From IMG/VR virus record IMGVR_UViG_3300033273_000392, positions 1 through 64,000 of that record: a stretch of 64,000 nt of DNA; one strand, written 5' to 3'. This document shows positions 1 through 9,804 of this stretch, piece by piece. Made by a program: the position numbers and the translations under genes. The number at the start of each line of letters is the position of its first letter. Position 1 is the stretch's first letter. Origin of the DNA: a virus. The notes beneath the pieces are model-generated. The model did not search any database and was not told the DNA's origin. It worked only from the letters and a program-made list of their open reading frames with translations.

Positions 1-975
1 GATATCATAAGTATCTCCTACAAGATCCATTGTCTCTAAAGCATCTTCGTTAATTGCGCAGAAAAGACCAGTTCTTCTTGTTTCTATGTTTACCAAAGAC
101 TCGATATACATCTGTCTTCCTTCAAGGTCAATAAAGTCAGGGATCAAAGAACCAGTATAAGTTGCAAGAACTGTAACTTCTCTTCTAGCCGCAAAATCGT
201 TAATTTTGTCTTTCTTAAGACCGTCTTCATCGAAGAACTCACCGTAAATAGGATCGTTACTTAATGTCTCGGCCTCAAACTTTCCCTTAAACACAATGAC
301 ATCAACCATGTACTCAGAAATAAAGTCCATTGGGTTTATACCCTCAGGAACATTATCTGCACCGTACCATTCTCTAGCAACAACATCAAATCCTCTTACA
401 TCTCTAGCCTGTCTTACTATAACAGTAATAGGGTCTTGCTTGATATTAACAAAGTTTAGTACTCTGTTAGCCATTTCGGTCTCTACTTCAGAAGTACTGA
501 AACCTAATCCTTCGTAATTATCGCTAACAACCTTTAGTAATTTAGCGTCGGTTGGCTTCCAGAATCTTTCGGTATCAAAAAAGTCTGAAAAATCACTGAA
601 ACCGGCAACTGAATTTATACCTTCGACAGATCCATTAGTTACTAATGATACGAATGGAGCATCGTCTGGGTGAATAGCTACTTCTTCTTTTTTATACAGG
701 TTTACCGCTAAAATAGGGCCTCTTGAAAGCGCTTCTAGTGCAGATCTGTGGAAATAGATGCCTCTTCTTTCAAGGCTTCTATCTATGTTTCCAAAAGCAT
801 CGATAAACTGCTCTGTATTCTCAATAAAAACTGGCGTGTTGTATGGTCCTTTTGTTGAGTGGCCAACAACAAGTCTTATGGTCTCCTGAGGAACATTTAC
901 TGTCTGTGATTTGTCAAACTCTAGTCTGTAAACACCAGAGCTCTTAAACTGTTGTAGTTCGGGACTTATTGCCAT
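1..975 (-). CDS. Tail sheath protein (T4 gp18-like), 3' end outside the window
   Basis: Not in the ORF track. ATG at 975 reads MAISPELQQFKSSGVYRLEFDKSQT..IRLVVGHSTKGPYNTPVFIENTEQFIDAFG, a typical sheath N-terminus (GVY-x-E, G-x-x-x-KGP, F-x-x-x-FG). It follows the terminase as in T4 and has a late motif upstream. Confidence 0.85.
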   Translation of the reverse strand, partial: MAISPELQQFKSSGVYRLEFDKSQTVNVPQETIRLVVGHSTKGPYNTPVFIENTEQFIDAFGNIDRSLERRGIYFHRSALEALSRGPILAVNLYKKEEVAIHPDDAPFVSLVTNGSVEGINSVAGFSDFSDFFDTERFWKPTDAKLLKVVSDNYEGLGFSTSEVETEMANRVLNFVNIKQDPITVIVRQARDVRGFDVVAREWYGADNVPEGINPMDFISEYMVDVIVFKGKFEAETLSNDPIYGEFFDEDGLKKDKINDFAARREVTVLATYTGSLIPDFIDLEGRQMYIESLVNIETRRTGLFCAINEDALETMDLVGDTYDI

Positions 976-1003
976 ATCTTCAAATTTATTTTTTTCTCTT
1001 TTT

Positions 1004-1012
1004 CTATATATC
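1004..1012 (-). promoter_or_regulatory. Late promoter motif GATATATAR (representative copy)
   Basis: Other copies at 3518, 5921, 11034, 11752, 15290, 17620, 20433, 21294, 30549, 31055, 46599, 50996 and 52140, each just upstream of a start codon. Confidence 0.8.
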
Positions 1013-1030
1013 TATTCCACTAAGATTTTT

Positions 1031-2860
1031 TTACTTTAGCAGGTCGTAAATATCATATTGAAGGTCTCCTTGATCAGTTGTGTCCTTATAAAGAACAGAT
1101 TCCATCTTGCTATGTATCTGTGGATCTATGAAATCTAGTAGTTCTTCTATAAAATCAGCGTAATCTGTTGTATTAAAAAATTCAGTTGCAGTTATAACTG
1201 TCATTATAATATCATCATTGCCCATTTGTGCGCCGTAGCTCCCATTATTAAGGGTTCCAAATAGACTTGCCTCTCTTACAGTTTCTTCATCTGTTATGTT
1301 TACCTTATTATTTTTGTATAGTTTAGCAAAGTTCTGACAGAAAATAGCCTTATTATCAGCCTTTAGCTTGATACCTGGCTTTAGGGATCTAGCATCATGT
1401 CTGTGCTTGAATCTTACAACCATTTCGTCATCAAAATCATTTCTTTGAGGGAAAATAGTTCTAAGATAGTTTAGCAGAACTGTACCATATGTATTATACT
1501 CTATAACCATCTTTACATTTTCTGCATAAAATACATCAACTGCTAACACATATAATATTTTTGCAAAATCTTCTATAACATGTTCGTTAGATCTAAATCT
1601 AGCAATTTGTTCAAGTTTAAAAAAGTCGTACATCGCACCTGGATTGGCCACTAGTTCAATTTCTTTTTCGTCCATAGGGTCTACCGAAAAAACATTGATA
1701 ACTGAATAGTCACCTCCATTACCTTCTGCAATATCTACTGAAAACAGCCAGAACTTTTCATCATTTCTAGTTGTATCTAAATCGAAGCCAGGGTGCCATT
1801 CCAGGAATCCCTTGGTCTCCATCTTAACATAGTCAAATTCATCTAGGTCATGCCAGACGTATTTAGTCATCCTCTTTCTCATAACCTTCATATCAGCAGG
1901 ATCTAGAAGTAGATTAGAAGAACTTACAAACTCATTACCATATTGTCTATTAAAAGCCTCTATAGAACCAAGATTACTTAATTCCTGCTGGTACCAAGCT
2001 TCATCTCTATCTGGATGCTGCCACCAGTCAATTCGCTGCGCATTATATTCATTGTCGCCTCTTTCTGCTGCTGAGTATATCTGATAGAACTTATTAAATC
2101 CATTAGGAGTAGAAGTAATATTAATCCTTGAAACTTTAGAAGCCGAAAGCGTTGGATAAACGTTTTCGTAGAATGAATCAACGATAGTAGGATGAATGTG
2201 TGCAAACTCGTCTAGATATAGGTTATGAATTGTAAAACCAATACCTGATTTTGCAGTAGTTGACTGTCCAACTAGTCGGCAGCCATTATCTGCCTTAACA
2301 TTCATGACATCATATTTAATAATGCCGGGTTTCATAAAGAAAGGTAAGTTCTCAATAACGACCTTTGCCTTATCAATGATTTCCTTTGTTGATTCTGATT
2401 TGTTTGCAAGCAATAACGTTGTCTTATCGTAGTTAAACGTTAAATACCATGCGTTAAAGATAGATGCTGTAACCGTCTTACCCATCTGTCTTGAAGCTAA
2501 GACTATATTAAACCTCTCTTCCTGGAAGTTTTTAAGCATTTCCTTCTGGTATTCACGAAGTTTTACTTTTCTAATACCTTCATCGGTCATAACTACCGCA
2601 TACTTTTCTGCAAAATAGTTTATGTCCTTAGCACATCTGGCCAATTCCATAATCTCTTCATCCGTATATTCGAATACTATATTGCCCTTACGGAGAAATT
2701 GCTTTCCCTCGTAAAAAGGCAATTTAATTTTAGGTCTATATCCCTGATCTAGCGCAAGAATAAGGTCATTGACGTTTTTTGTCGACCATATAATTCTTTC
2801 CGCTTCAGTATCTGACTCGCCTTTCGGAATCCATTTATTATCACCAATGTATTCGCTCAT
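1031..2860 (-). CDS. Terminase large subunit (gp17-like)
   Basis: Adenine-binding LREYQ, Walker A SRQMGKT, Walker B LYLDE, TSTPNG coupling motif, RNase H-fold nuclease motifs VDIAEG..DYS and DD. Confidence 0.97.
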   Translation of the reverse strand: MSEYIGDNKWIPKGESDTEAERIIWSTKNVNDLILALDQGYRPKIKLPFYEGKQFLRKGNIVFEYTDEEIMELARCAKDINYFAEKYAVVMTDEGIRKVKLREYQKEMLKNFQEERFNIVLASRQMGKTVTASIFNAWYLTFNYDKTTLLLANKSESTKEIIDKAKVVIENLPFFMKPGIIKYDVMNVKADNGCRLVGQSTTAKSGIGFTIHNLYLDEFAHIHPTIVDSFYENVYPTLSASKVSRINITSTPNGFNKFYQIYSAAERGDNEYNAQRIDWWQHPDRDEAWYQQELSNLGSIEAFNRQYGNEFVSSSNLLLDPADMKVMRKRMTKYVWHDLDEFDYVKMETKGFLEWHPGFDLDTTRNDEKFWLFSVDIAEGNGGDYSVINVFSVDPMDEKEIELVANPGAMYDFFKLEQIARFRSNEHVIEDFAKILYVLAVDVFYAENVKMVIEYNTYGTVLLNYLRTIFPQRNDFDDEMVVRFKHRHDARSLKPGIKLKADNKAIFCQNFAKLYKNNKVNITDEETVREASLFGTLNNGSYGAQMGNDDIIMTVITATEFFNTTDYADFIEELLDFIDPQIHSKMESVLYKDTTDQGDLQYDIYDLLK

Positions 2861-3498
2861 TCGTCAACTTCTATGTCTTCTATCTCGTCTGATATATTTA
2901 TGCCCTGTTGTATCTTAGCCATAAGGTCTTTTGTACCTCTAACTACATTTCCTTCTGCTGAATTACCTCCAGCCTCCTCAATCTCTTTCGTATCCCTTCT
3001 CTTATTGTATATTTCTTGGTCTCTAGCTATTCTCTTGTTTGACTCTTCGGCAGCCATAAGATACATGGTCTGTGATTTGATGATGTCAAGCATTGATTTT
3101 TGTAAAGTTGCCAAGACTTCAAACATTCTAGGAGCCAATTCACCACCATCTATTGTTTCTAATAGTGTAGTTAATGCGCGTTCGCCAGCCTTAAGCTGAT
3201 AGATTAGTGACGCCATAGTCATTTCATCCATCTTCTTTTTAGCCTGAATGTACTCGTCATTCTCTATGATATCTGCATCCAAATAGAACTTCATAAGTGA
3301 AGATATAGTCTTCTTCGCCTGCTTCATAGACTTATCTTTTAACTCAGTATAAGACACGCTAGGTTGTGTGCTCTGCCTGAGAACAGGTAAATCCGGATCA
3401 GTGTCAACTTGAATCTGATCTTCATCTCCAATAAGTTTATCAAGCTCCCGTCTTATGTCATTCGTTTGTTCAGAAATACTTTTCTTTTCCTCGCTCAT
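2857..3498 (-). CDS. Terminase small subunit (gp16-like)
   Basis: APRMFEVLATL resembles the gp16 PR-x-x-EV motif; overlaps the start of the large terminase. Confidence 0.7.
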   Translation of the reverse strand: MSEEKKSISEQTNDIRRELDKLIGDEDQIQVDTDPDLPVLRQSTQPSVSYTELKDKSMKQAKKTISSLMKFYLDADIIENDEYIQAKKKMDEMTMASLIYQLKAGERALTTLLETIDGGELAPRMFEVLATLQKSMLDIIKSQTMYLMAAEESNKRIARDQEIYNKRRDTKEIEEAGGNSAEGNVVRGTKDLMAKIQQGINISDEIEDIEVDE

Positions 3499-3527
3499 GA
3501 TATAGTTGTTTTACAATCTATATATCG

Positions 3528-5513
3528 TCATCTCGAAGTACCGTACTTTCTCAACATTAGGCTTGGAATAGCGTTATCAATCAAAATGCTAAGATCCGAG
3601 TCCCTTACAACATACTGCTGAAGCACATTTGCATGTTGCTCTTCTTCAATAGTTTTAGTAAAGACTCTTATGTTGGTCATGTGCATGTATCCAGATCTTA
3701 ATGAGTATTGCGTATTAGTATTCCACTCGGTTTCAGCTGCTATAGTATCTACACTAGAAAAAACTTTGTCCAGTCTATTCGATGCGGCCTGCGGTAATCC
3801 TGTGTTAGAACTTCCATCTAGCTTATAGATGTAGACTCCAATTTCACTGAATGTGTTACTAACGTTAATAACATATGCGAACCAATCTTCGTCAGTAGCC
3901 TCAAAGAATGGATTGTCTGTATTATCAATAGCTAAAAGATCTAGGTTAAAGACTTGTGAATTAATAGTCAAGACCATCTCAGTTCTAGAGGTAGAAAGAG
4001 ATATGCCAGATCCATTATTATAGCCATGGAACAAATCTTGTTGTGTGGAAGCAAAAGTTGTATTTAAAGTAGGTCTAAACCATCCGACGTAAGATGCGTT
4101 AGCATCTGCATTTAGGCTAGACTTAAGATTGTAAATTACAGCATCTTCTCCTGGGTTAGAAATACTTGTAAAGTCATAATAGTTTCTAGATATAACCGTC
4201 CATCTATTTCTTAGGTCAACATCTTTTATAGTAAGTTCTTGGTGAATAGCCTCTCTGATCCCGTCTTGTACTATATGAAATACTGTCTGATACTGATCTG
4301 GCTTTGTAACCTTATCGTATTCTTGCTGAATCTCCTCTCCGAAGATTTCATCAACTCCAGTTACGAGATCGTCAACTGACTGTTCGATAGCAGTATCAGT
4401 ATGCACGCTAGATGTTCTATCTTCATATTTACGAAGCTTAACTCTCCAGTAAGTCATAGTTAAATTAAACTCGTCAGCAAAAGATACAGAGCTTACCTCA
4501 TACATCTTATTGTTAAGCGGGAAATACAGATAGTCCCTCATGCTAGGTTGAGTGCCTATACCAAATGTATTATTGAACTCCGTTCCGGTAATATGAACTT
4601 CAAACTCTTCAAAACCCATTCCAAATATGTCAAAGTTAAACTCTTGGGTCGGGAATTGATTATCTGGAACCATAATCTTTAGAGTACCTTCCTCTACTAC
4701 ATTGTAGAGCGAGTATTCCATAAGGATTACATCTTTAGATCTTTCATCAGGCTCAACTCTAAAATACTGAACTTCATGGCCCCAGATAGAAGTAGATACG
4801 TCTGTTATCTGTTTGTATAGATTTATAGGTCTCTTTAAAGCATAAGGATCAAATGTATTATCCTCTTCACATGTAACTAATACGTTTTCACATCCTACAA
4901 ATGCCCATGGGTCATCACATTCTCCACAGAACTGAGGGCATGCCTCAATAACTCCAGATTCTGTTTCGATTTCATAGGTAATACTGATTATACTTAAAGA
5001 GTTACCAATTCCTAAAAGATCTACTGTTGCCCTAACATCAACCCAAAGCTTTAGACTTGGATTAAATGTAAGCGCAAGCAGATCACCAGGGTCTGAGTTT
5101 AGGGTTAAAGGCTTAAACTCGGACATTTCACCTGAAGTAGCTCCGTTACCCTGAGACCATCTATACTCGTAAACAAACGCGTTATTTTGATTTACTGGCT
5201 TATAAAAAGATAGGCCATCAAGGGTAAACGTAGCAGGAGAAGTAATAGTAAACGTATTTCCGTCTACGATTTGGTCAACCGTATATGTAAGGTTACCTAC
5301 GATAAAGGTATCGCCAGGCTGTAGATCCAAGTTTGTACCAGTTCCTACAACTGTGGTAGAATCCTGGGTAAACGCTAGAGTTCCTATAGTATTAGGAGTA
5401 CTAAGCCCTGCTAGTATTTCCCAGTTTGTAATCCTAAGTGCTTCTAAATAGGGATCCTTAAGCTTCGCCAGCAAGACATCGCCAATCTCATTAGCTGTAA
5501 AGGCAGTTACCAT
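3528..5513 (-). CDS. Neck protein (gp14-like core) with extra N- and C-terminal domains
   Basis: Central GHEVQYFR..FGMGFEEFEVHI..P..RDYLYFPLNNKMYEV segment resembles gp14; lies upstream of the terminase genes. Confidence 0.65.
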   Translation of the reverse strand: MVTAFTANEIGDVLLAKLKDPYLEALRITNWEILAGLSTPNTIGTLAFTQDSTTVVGTGTNLDLQPGDTFIVGNLTYTVDQIVDGNTFTITSPATFTLDGLSFYKPVNQNNAFVYEYRWSQGNGATSGEMSEFKPLTLNSDPGDLLALTFNPSLKLWVDVRATVDLLGIGNSLSIISITYEIETESGVIEACPQFCGECDDPWAFVGCENVLVTCEEDNTFDPYALKRPINLYKQITDVSTSIWGHEVQYFRVEPDERSKDVILMEYSLYNVVEEGTLKIMVPDNQFPTQEFNFDIFGMGFEEFEVHITGTEFNNTFGIGTQPSMRDYLYFPLNNKMYEVSSVSFADEFNLTMTYWRVKLRKYEDRTSSVHTDTAIEQSVDDLVTGVDEIFGEEIQQEYDKVTKPDQYQTVFHIVQDGIREAIHQELTIKDVDLRNRWTVISRNYYDFTSISNPGEDAVIYNLKSSLNADANASYVGWFRPTLNTTFASTQQDLFHGYNNGSGISLSTSRTEMVLTINSQVFNLDLLAIDNTDNPFFEATDEDWFAYVINVSNTFSEIGVYIYKLDGSSNTGLPQAASNRLDKVFSSVDTIAAETEWNTNTQYSLRSGYMHMTNIRVFTKTIEEEQHANVLQQYVVRDSDLSILIDNAIPSLMLRKYGTSR

Positions 5514-5905
5514 TATCGTTTAGTGATATTTTTCTTAACATCGTCCTCAGGCTTATAGTACTCGCCTAAAATCCACCCAGTAACAAAACCTGTAAGTGAA
5601 ACGAAGTAGACCGTAAGGTCGGTAAGTTCTATCTCATACCATATTCCAAATGCACCTGAGATTGCCCATAGGCAAGTGACTATATAAATCATAGCCTCTC
5701 TTCTAGAGGTAGGACCACTTCTAAAAATGCCTGTCTTTATAGATGGCTTCTTAGTCTCAGACCATACATAGGTTCCTACGTATGTAATTAGAGATCCGAA
5801 GTAGGCGGCCATTGCCTTAAGGTCTATACCCTTTGACGCACCGAAAGCTCCCATTATCACCCAAAAGGCAACAACAAGGTAGACTAGTCCCTCTCTTTTT
5901 CCCAT
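5513..5905 (-). CDS. Four-TM membrane protein with internal duplication (holin candidate)
   Basis: Four hydrophobic segments in two similar halves, charged C-terminal tail, late motif upstream. Confidence 0.5.
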   Translation of the reverse strand: MGKREGLVYLVVAFWVIMGAFGASKGIDLKAMAAYFGSLITYVGTYVWSETKKPSIKTGIFRSGPTSRREAMIYIVTCLWAISGAFGIWYEIELTDLTVYFVSLTGFVTGWILGEYYKPEDDVKKNITKR

Positions 5906-5932
5906 AAGCTTAGTTTTTCTTTATATATCCGA

Positions 5933-6565
5933 CTAATAGTCAGTGACTAATAGTATCTCCGGATTATCGCTCTCATACTCACCAATATGCTGGAGCATGG
6001 CACCTACAATAGAATTAACCTCCATTGCATTGTTCTCTGTAAGAACCCTTTCTAGCTTAAATACAAGCTCAGACGTCTTTATTACTACGAAGTGTCTATC
6101 AGGTGGCATAATCTTTGCATCTTCTAGAACCGCATTTACTGCGTATAAATGAGGAAACTCAAATATCTCAAACAACCTAAGCGTACCTCTAATTGTTTTA
6201 ATACTATACTTGATCGTCTTGATATCATCGACCTCAATAACTCTATTGTACGCTATATTCTTGTTTAGTGTAAACTTAACCCATCTAAGGTTAAGCATCT
6301 CCTCAAGCATATTCCATAGAAAGTAAATAGATGTTGCCTCTTTATGGACAACAGAGCTTCCCATAGATTCTACTCTATTAAGATCCTTTTTAAAGTTATT
6401 GATTAACTGCTGCCTTAAATTAGCAGTACTAATCAAGACTGAATCGTCAGAAAGCTTTTTATGAGAGCTATCTCGCTTTATAATCCCCCAGATTTTATTG
6501 TCTATAGAATTGTATCTATAGAGCGTTATATCAACCACCTCAGAAAATGTGTCCTTATCAGTCAT
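5933..6565 (-). CDS. Hypothetical protein
   Basis: 210 aa ORF overlapping its upstream neighbour; no motif recognised. Confidence 0.7.
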   Translation of the reverse strand: MTDKDTFSEVVDITLYRYNSIDNKIWGIIKRDSSHKKLSDDSVLISTANLRQQLINNFKKDLNRVESMGSSVVHKEATSIYFLWNMLEEMLNLRWVKFTLNKNIAYNRVIEVDDIKTIKYSIKTIRGTLRLFEIFEFPHLYAVNAVLEDAKIMPPDRHFVVIKTSELVFKLERVLTENNAMEVNSIVGAMLQHIGEYESDNPEILLVTDY

Positions 6566-6983
6566 AGACGTTAATTTGCTTCTCTATTTTTTGTAGGTCG
6601 CTGTATAGATCCTTTTTATAGAACTCTTTCAGCTCGTTAAACTCCCGCATTCCTATCTCGTTCTTTTCTAGAAATAGATCAATTGCCGCTTGGCTTGGAT
6701 TATATTTATCCTTCGGAGCAGACTTAGCCTTCTTGGTCTTTGTGTAAATCCATCCTGGAACCGATTTAAACCTATCAGCAACGAGAGACCAGCAGTCAAC
6801 CACAGAAGCGCCGTCTATTCCATTAACGTTGAACATATGCGCATTTGCTGGATATTTAATAGAAAAGAATCTATTAACCATAAAGTGATGTCGCTTCTTA
6901 CTATGTTGCTTTATGTTTGAATAGAGGTCTTTCTTCGTAAACATAATTTTTACGAAGTCAAAAAGCTTAGTTTCGTCTAGCAT
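6558..6983 (-). CDS. Probable clamp loader small subunit (gp62-like)
   Basis: LFDF..FMVNRFFS..W-x-x-x-K pattern recalls gp62 of marine T4-likes; same transcription unit as gp44. Confidence 0.45.
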   Translation of the reverse strand: MLDETKLFDFVKIMFTKKDLYSNIKQHSKKRHHFMVNRFFSIKYPANAHMFNVNGIDGASVVDCWSLVADRFKSVPGWIYTKTKKAKSAPKDKYNPSQAAIDLFLEKNEIGMREFNELKEFYKKDLYSDLQKIEKQINVYD

Positions 6984-8261
6984 TTAGAATAGGTTATTAA
7001 TCTTCTTAGTCTTAGGTTGCTCAGGAGTATCAGTCTTTTTAGAAGAACCTCGCTTATCTACCAGTTTCATTTTACCTGGCTTTTCTTTAGGTACATCCAT
7101 TCCTTCAAAAGGATCAAACCCTGTTGGTGCTTCTGACTTCAACCACTTAGTTCCCTTAAGGATTATATCCTTATCCAAGATAGAGTTTATATCATCGATA
7201 GCACCTTCCCAATCAACATCGATCTTTTCATAGATTGCTTTCTGAATAGAATCAGGGATAATCTTAGTATGTAGGAGCATGAGAGAGATATTGCTCGACA
7301 AATTAACCTTGATAAGATTAGGTGTACTGTGGCCGACAACTCTGTAAATAATGTCTGCAATAGTGTCCTTAGATGCTGAACTAAAGAGATAATCAATCCT
7401 AAAGGTGTCATTCTCTCTAAGAAACTGATCCATAATCTTATCCGCCTGCTTATCAGTAATAGAATAGTTGCGAATCTTTCCGTTACGCATCTCCTTCTGC
7501 CAAGTAACAACAGACGGAATGTTATCTGAGCGATCGCCGGTAAGAATCTTCTTAAGGATAAACTGATCGCAATCAACCTCACTTACTTGAATATTATTGT
7601 GATTGATCCAAGCCTTGATCTCATCTTGATACTGATCGCGCATAGATGATTTGCTGCTCATATTAAACAAAATATCATCATTACTCATATCAGCAGTGTG
7701 AGACTGTTCTAGATCCTTAAGGAAACCTTCATACGCGTAAAGACTTTTCTTAGTATTGTAGTACCAGAGTGTATGTGCGTCGTTAGCGTCTGAGTAGTTT
7801 ACTAGCTGAATAAGGTCACGATCGCCTGTCCAGACGATGCACGACTTGCCGCGGCCATTAAGCATTGTCGACCACGCGAAAAGGACATCGTCAGCCTCAG
7901 CTCCCTGGATTTGATGAACAGTTACACCTTTTGTGGCTAGAATGTCCTGAAACTCGCCATATAAAGAATAGAGGGCATCCCAGTCTACAGACTCGTCGTG
8001 CTTTCTAGTTCCCTTATAGTCAGCCTCTGGGTAGAGGTCCTTTCTCCATGACTTGGAGTCTACTGCAACTACAACATCATCAATAACACCCTTAAGCTTA
8101 CGCATCTCAGATGCAAAGTCAATAGCCAATTTACGCATAAACTGACCACGAGACTTGTCATCACCTAAGAGCTTACCGCTTTTAGGCTTAGGCATAACAA
8201 ATAGGCGACTGAAAACGAAATAGTTCCCGTCAATAAGTAGTGTATGTTTTCCCAATCTCAT
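6984..8261 (-). CDS. rnh: RNase H / 5'-3' flap exonuclease
   Basis: LIDGN, SWRK..YKGTR, EADD, TGDRD, GDRSDNIP motifs. Confidence 0.92.
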   Translation of the reverse strand: MRLGKHTLLIDGNYFVFSRLFVMPKPKSGKLLGDDKSRGQFMRKLAIDFASEMRKLKGVIDDVVVAVDSKSWRKDLYPEADYKGTRKHDESVDWDALYSLYGEFQDILATKGVTVHQIQGAEADDVLFAWSTMLNGRGKSCIVWTGDRDLIQLVNYSDANDAHTLWYYNTKKSLYAYEGFLKDLEQSHTADMSNDDILFNMSSKSSMRDQYQDEIKAWINHNNIQVSEVDCDQFILKKILTGDRSDNIPSVVTWQKEMRNGKIRNYSITDKQADKIMDQFLRENDTFRIDYLFSSASKDTIADIIYRVVGHSTPNLIKVNLSSNISLMLLHTKIIPDSIQKAIYEKIDVDWEGAIDDINSILDKDIILKGTKWLKSEAPTGFDPFEGMDVPKEKPGKMKLVDKRGSSKKTDTPEQPKTKKINNLF

Positions 8262-8270
8262 AATCTTTGT

Positions 8271-9227
8271 TTATGACCTAACGATTGTTTGAATCTCATA
8301 GACACAGCTAAGCATAGTGATAACTGGATCTATAACGTGAACTCGTTGTGCCTGGTGTTTAGCTACTGAAATAATAATCTGTGGTATATGTTTTACGCTC
8401 GAAGTCTGCTCTTGTTTTATGTATTCTACAAATTCTTCACCTAGCGATTGCAGGATATCGTCGACTCTGTTAGAATAGTTGCTTACGAGCATTTGATAGT
8501 TCTTAGCTGGATCTGTCTCTGTAAATATAAGCAAAAAAACGTCTTTAAATACAGAATTAAATCTTTTAACATCTCCAACTGTGATATTTGTCGTTCCCTG
8601 AGTCTTAAAGCCTTGAAGTTTGTTAAGAGTACTCCTAAGATCTGGAAAGTTTCTACGTACAAACTCAACAAGTGCATCCTTTTCAATGGTAAGGTCTTCT
8701 GCCTTACAGATTTCATACACTCGCTTAATATACTTTTTAGTCAACTCAGACTCTTCTTCCTTATCAAAGTCAAAGTTGATAACTTCAAAACGACTCAAGA
8801 CCGGATCTGGAATCTTATTGATATAGTTACATGTTGCAATAAAGCGACTGTTAGATGCAAACTGTTCCATAGTAGCACGAAGTGCCTTAAAGAACTGATC
8901 AGAAACACCATCAACCTCATCGAGAATAACAACCTTAAATGCACCTGGAGCATCCATAATAGAAACAGTAGAACAGAAGTCAATGATTCTAGTTCTAATA
9001 ACATCAACTGACGTATCTGTAGACGCGTTAATGTACAGATAAGGAAGATTAAACTGATTTACGACTGCCTTTGCAGTTGAGGTTTTACCCGTACCAGGTG
9101 AACCTGCAAACAACATATTTTGCACAAGTCCGTCACTAAACTTAGACATAACCCTATCCGGAAGGATAAGCTCGTCTAGATTCTTTGGTCTGTACTTTTC
9201 GGTAAATAGTTGATTAACGGACTTCAT
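8271..9227 (-). CDS. Clamp loader large subunit (gp44/RFC-like AAA+)
   Basis: EKYRP, GSPGTGKT, ILDEVD, SRF, FPDLR. Start moved to ATG 9227 (MKSVNQLF), downstream of a promoter motif. Confidence 0.95.
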   Translation of the reverse strand: MKSVNQLFTEKYRPKNLDELILPDRVMSKFSDGLVQNMLFAGSPGTGKTSTAKAVVNQFNLPYLYINASTDTSVDVIRTRIIDFCSTVSIMDAPGAFKVVILDEVDGVSDQFFKALRATMEQFASNSRFIATCNYINKIPDPVLSRFEVINFDFDKEEESELTKKYIKRVYEICKAEDLTIEKDALVEFVRRNFPDLRSTLNKLQGFKTQGTTNITVGDVKRFNSVFKDVFLLIFTETDPAKNYQMLVSNYSNRVDDILQSLGEEFVEYIKQEQTSSVKHIPQIIISVAKHQAQRVHVIDPVITMLSCVYEIQTIVRS

Positions 9228-9285
9228 ATTGATGGCTTTGTACTTTATACTAAGATGTTGTGTTTTGTTTAACGATAAATAATTT

Positions 9286-9804
9286 ATGGCCAAGATAATT
9301 ATAGAACGGACAGGTGGACCATACCCGGCTAACAGATACGGAATAATACTAAGAAATCTTAAACGAAGAGACAGGCAGTTTTTAGTAGAACACCGGCATA
9401 TGAAAAAGTGGGCTAATAGCGATCAGTTTGTTGGCTGCGTCTTAAGAATGAAAGAGAATGGAAGGCAAATAGCTGCACGAAAACTCTACTGGGACTTTGA
9501 AAGCTCTTCTGCTGTAAATGGAGATGAACTTGTAAAGCGATATAATACTATAGACTGGGTTTGTGCTATTTCCCTAAAGCCAATCAAGGCCAAGTTTATG
9601 AACTTTGACCTTGATAACTTCGTGCATCCAGAATACAGAGACGTATTAAATGCTCCTATGGTTGACTCTAGAATACTAAAGTCATCAATAGAATTTAGAA
9701 AGGCATGTGAAAAGCTTCTTATAAAGCAACGCGACAAGTTCCTTAAACTAGCTAAAAAAGGATCTAGAAATACGGATAACCTAGATAAGCTTAAAGAAGA
9801 TTAA
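9286..9804 (+). CDS. Hypothetical basic protein (only plus-strand gene)
   Basis: 172 aa ATG ORF filling the gap between two minus-strand genes; its stop overlaps the convergent gene's stop. Confidence 0.7.
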   Translation: MAKIIIERTGGPYPANRYGIILRNLKRRDRQFLVEHRHMKKWANSDQFVGCVLRMKENGRQIAARKLYWDFESSSAVNGDELVKRYNTIDWVCAISLKPIKAKFMNFDLDNFVHPEYRDVLNAPMVDSRILKSSIEFRKACEKLLIKQRDKFLKLAKKGSRNTDNLDKLKED

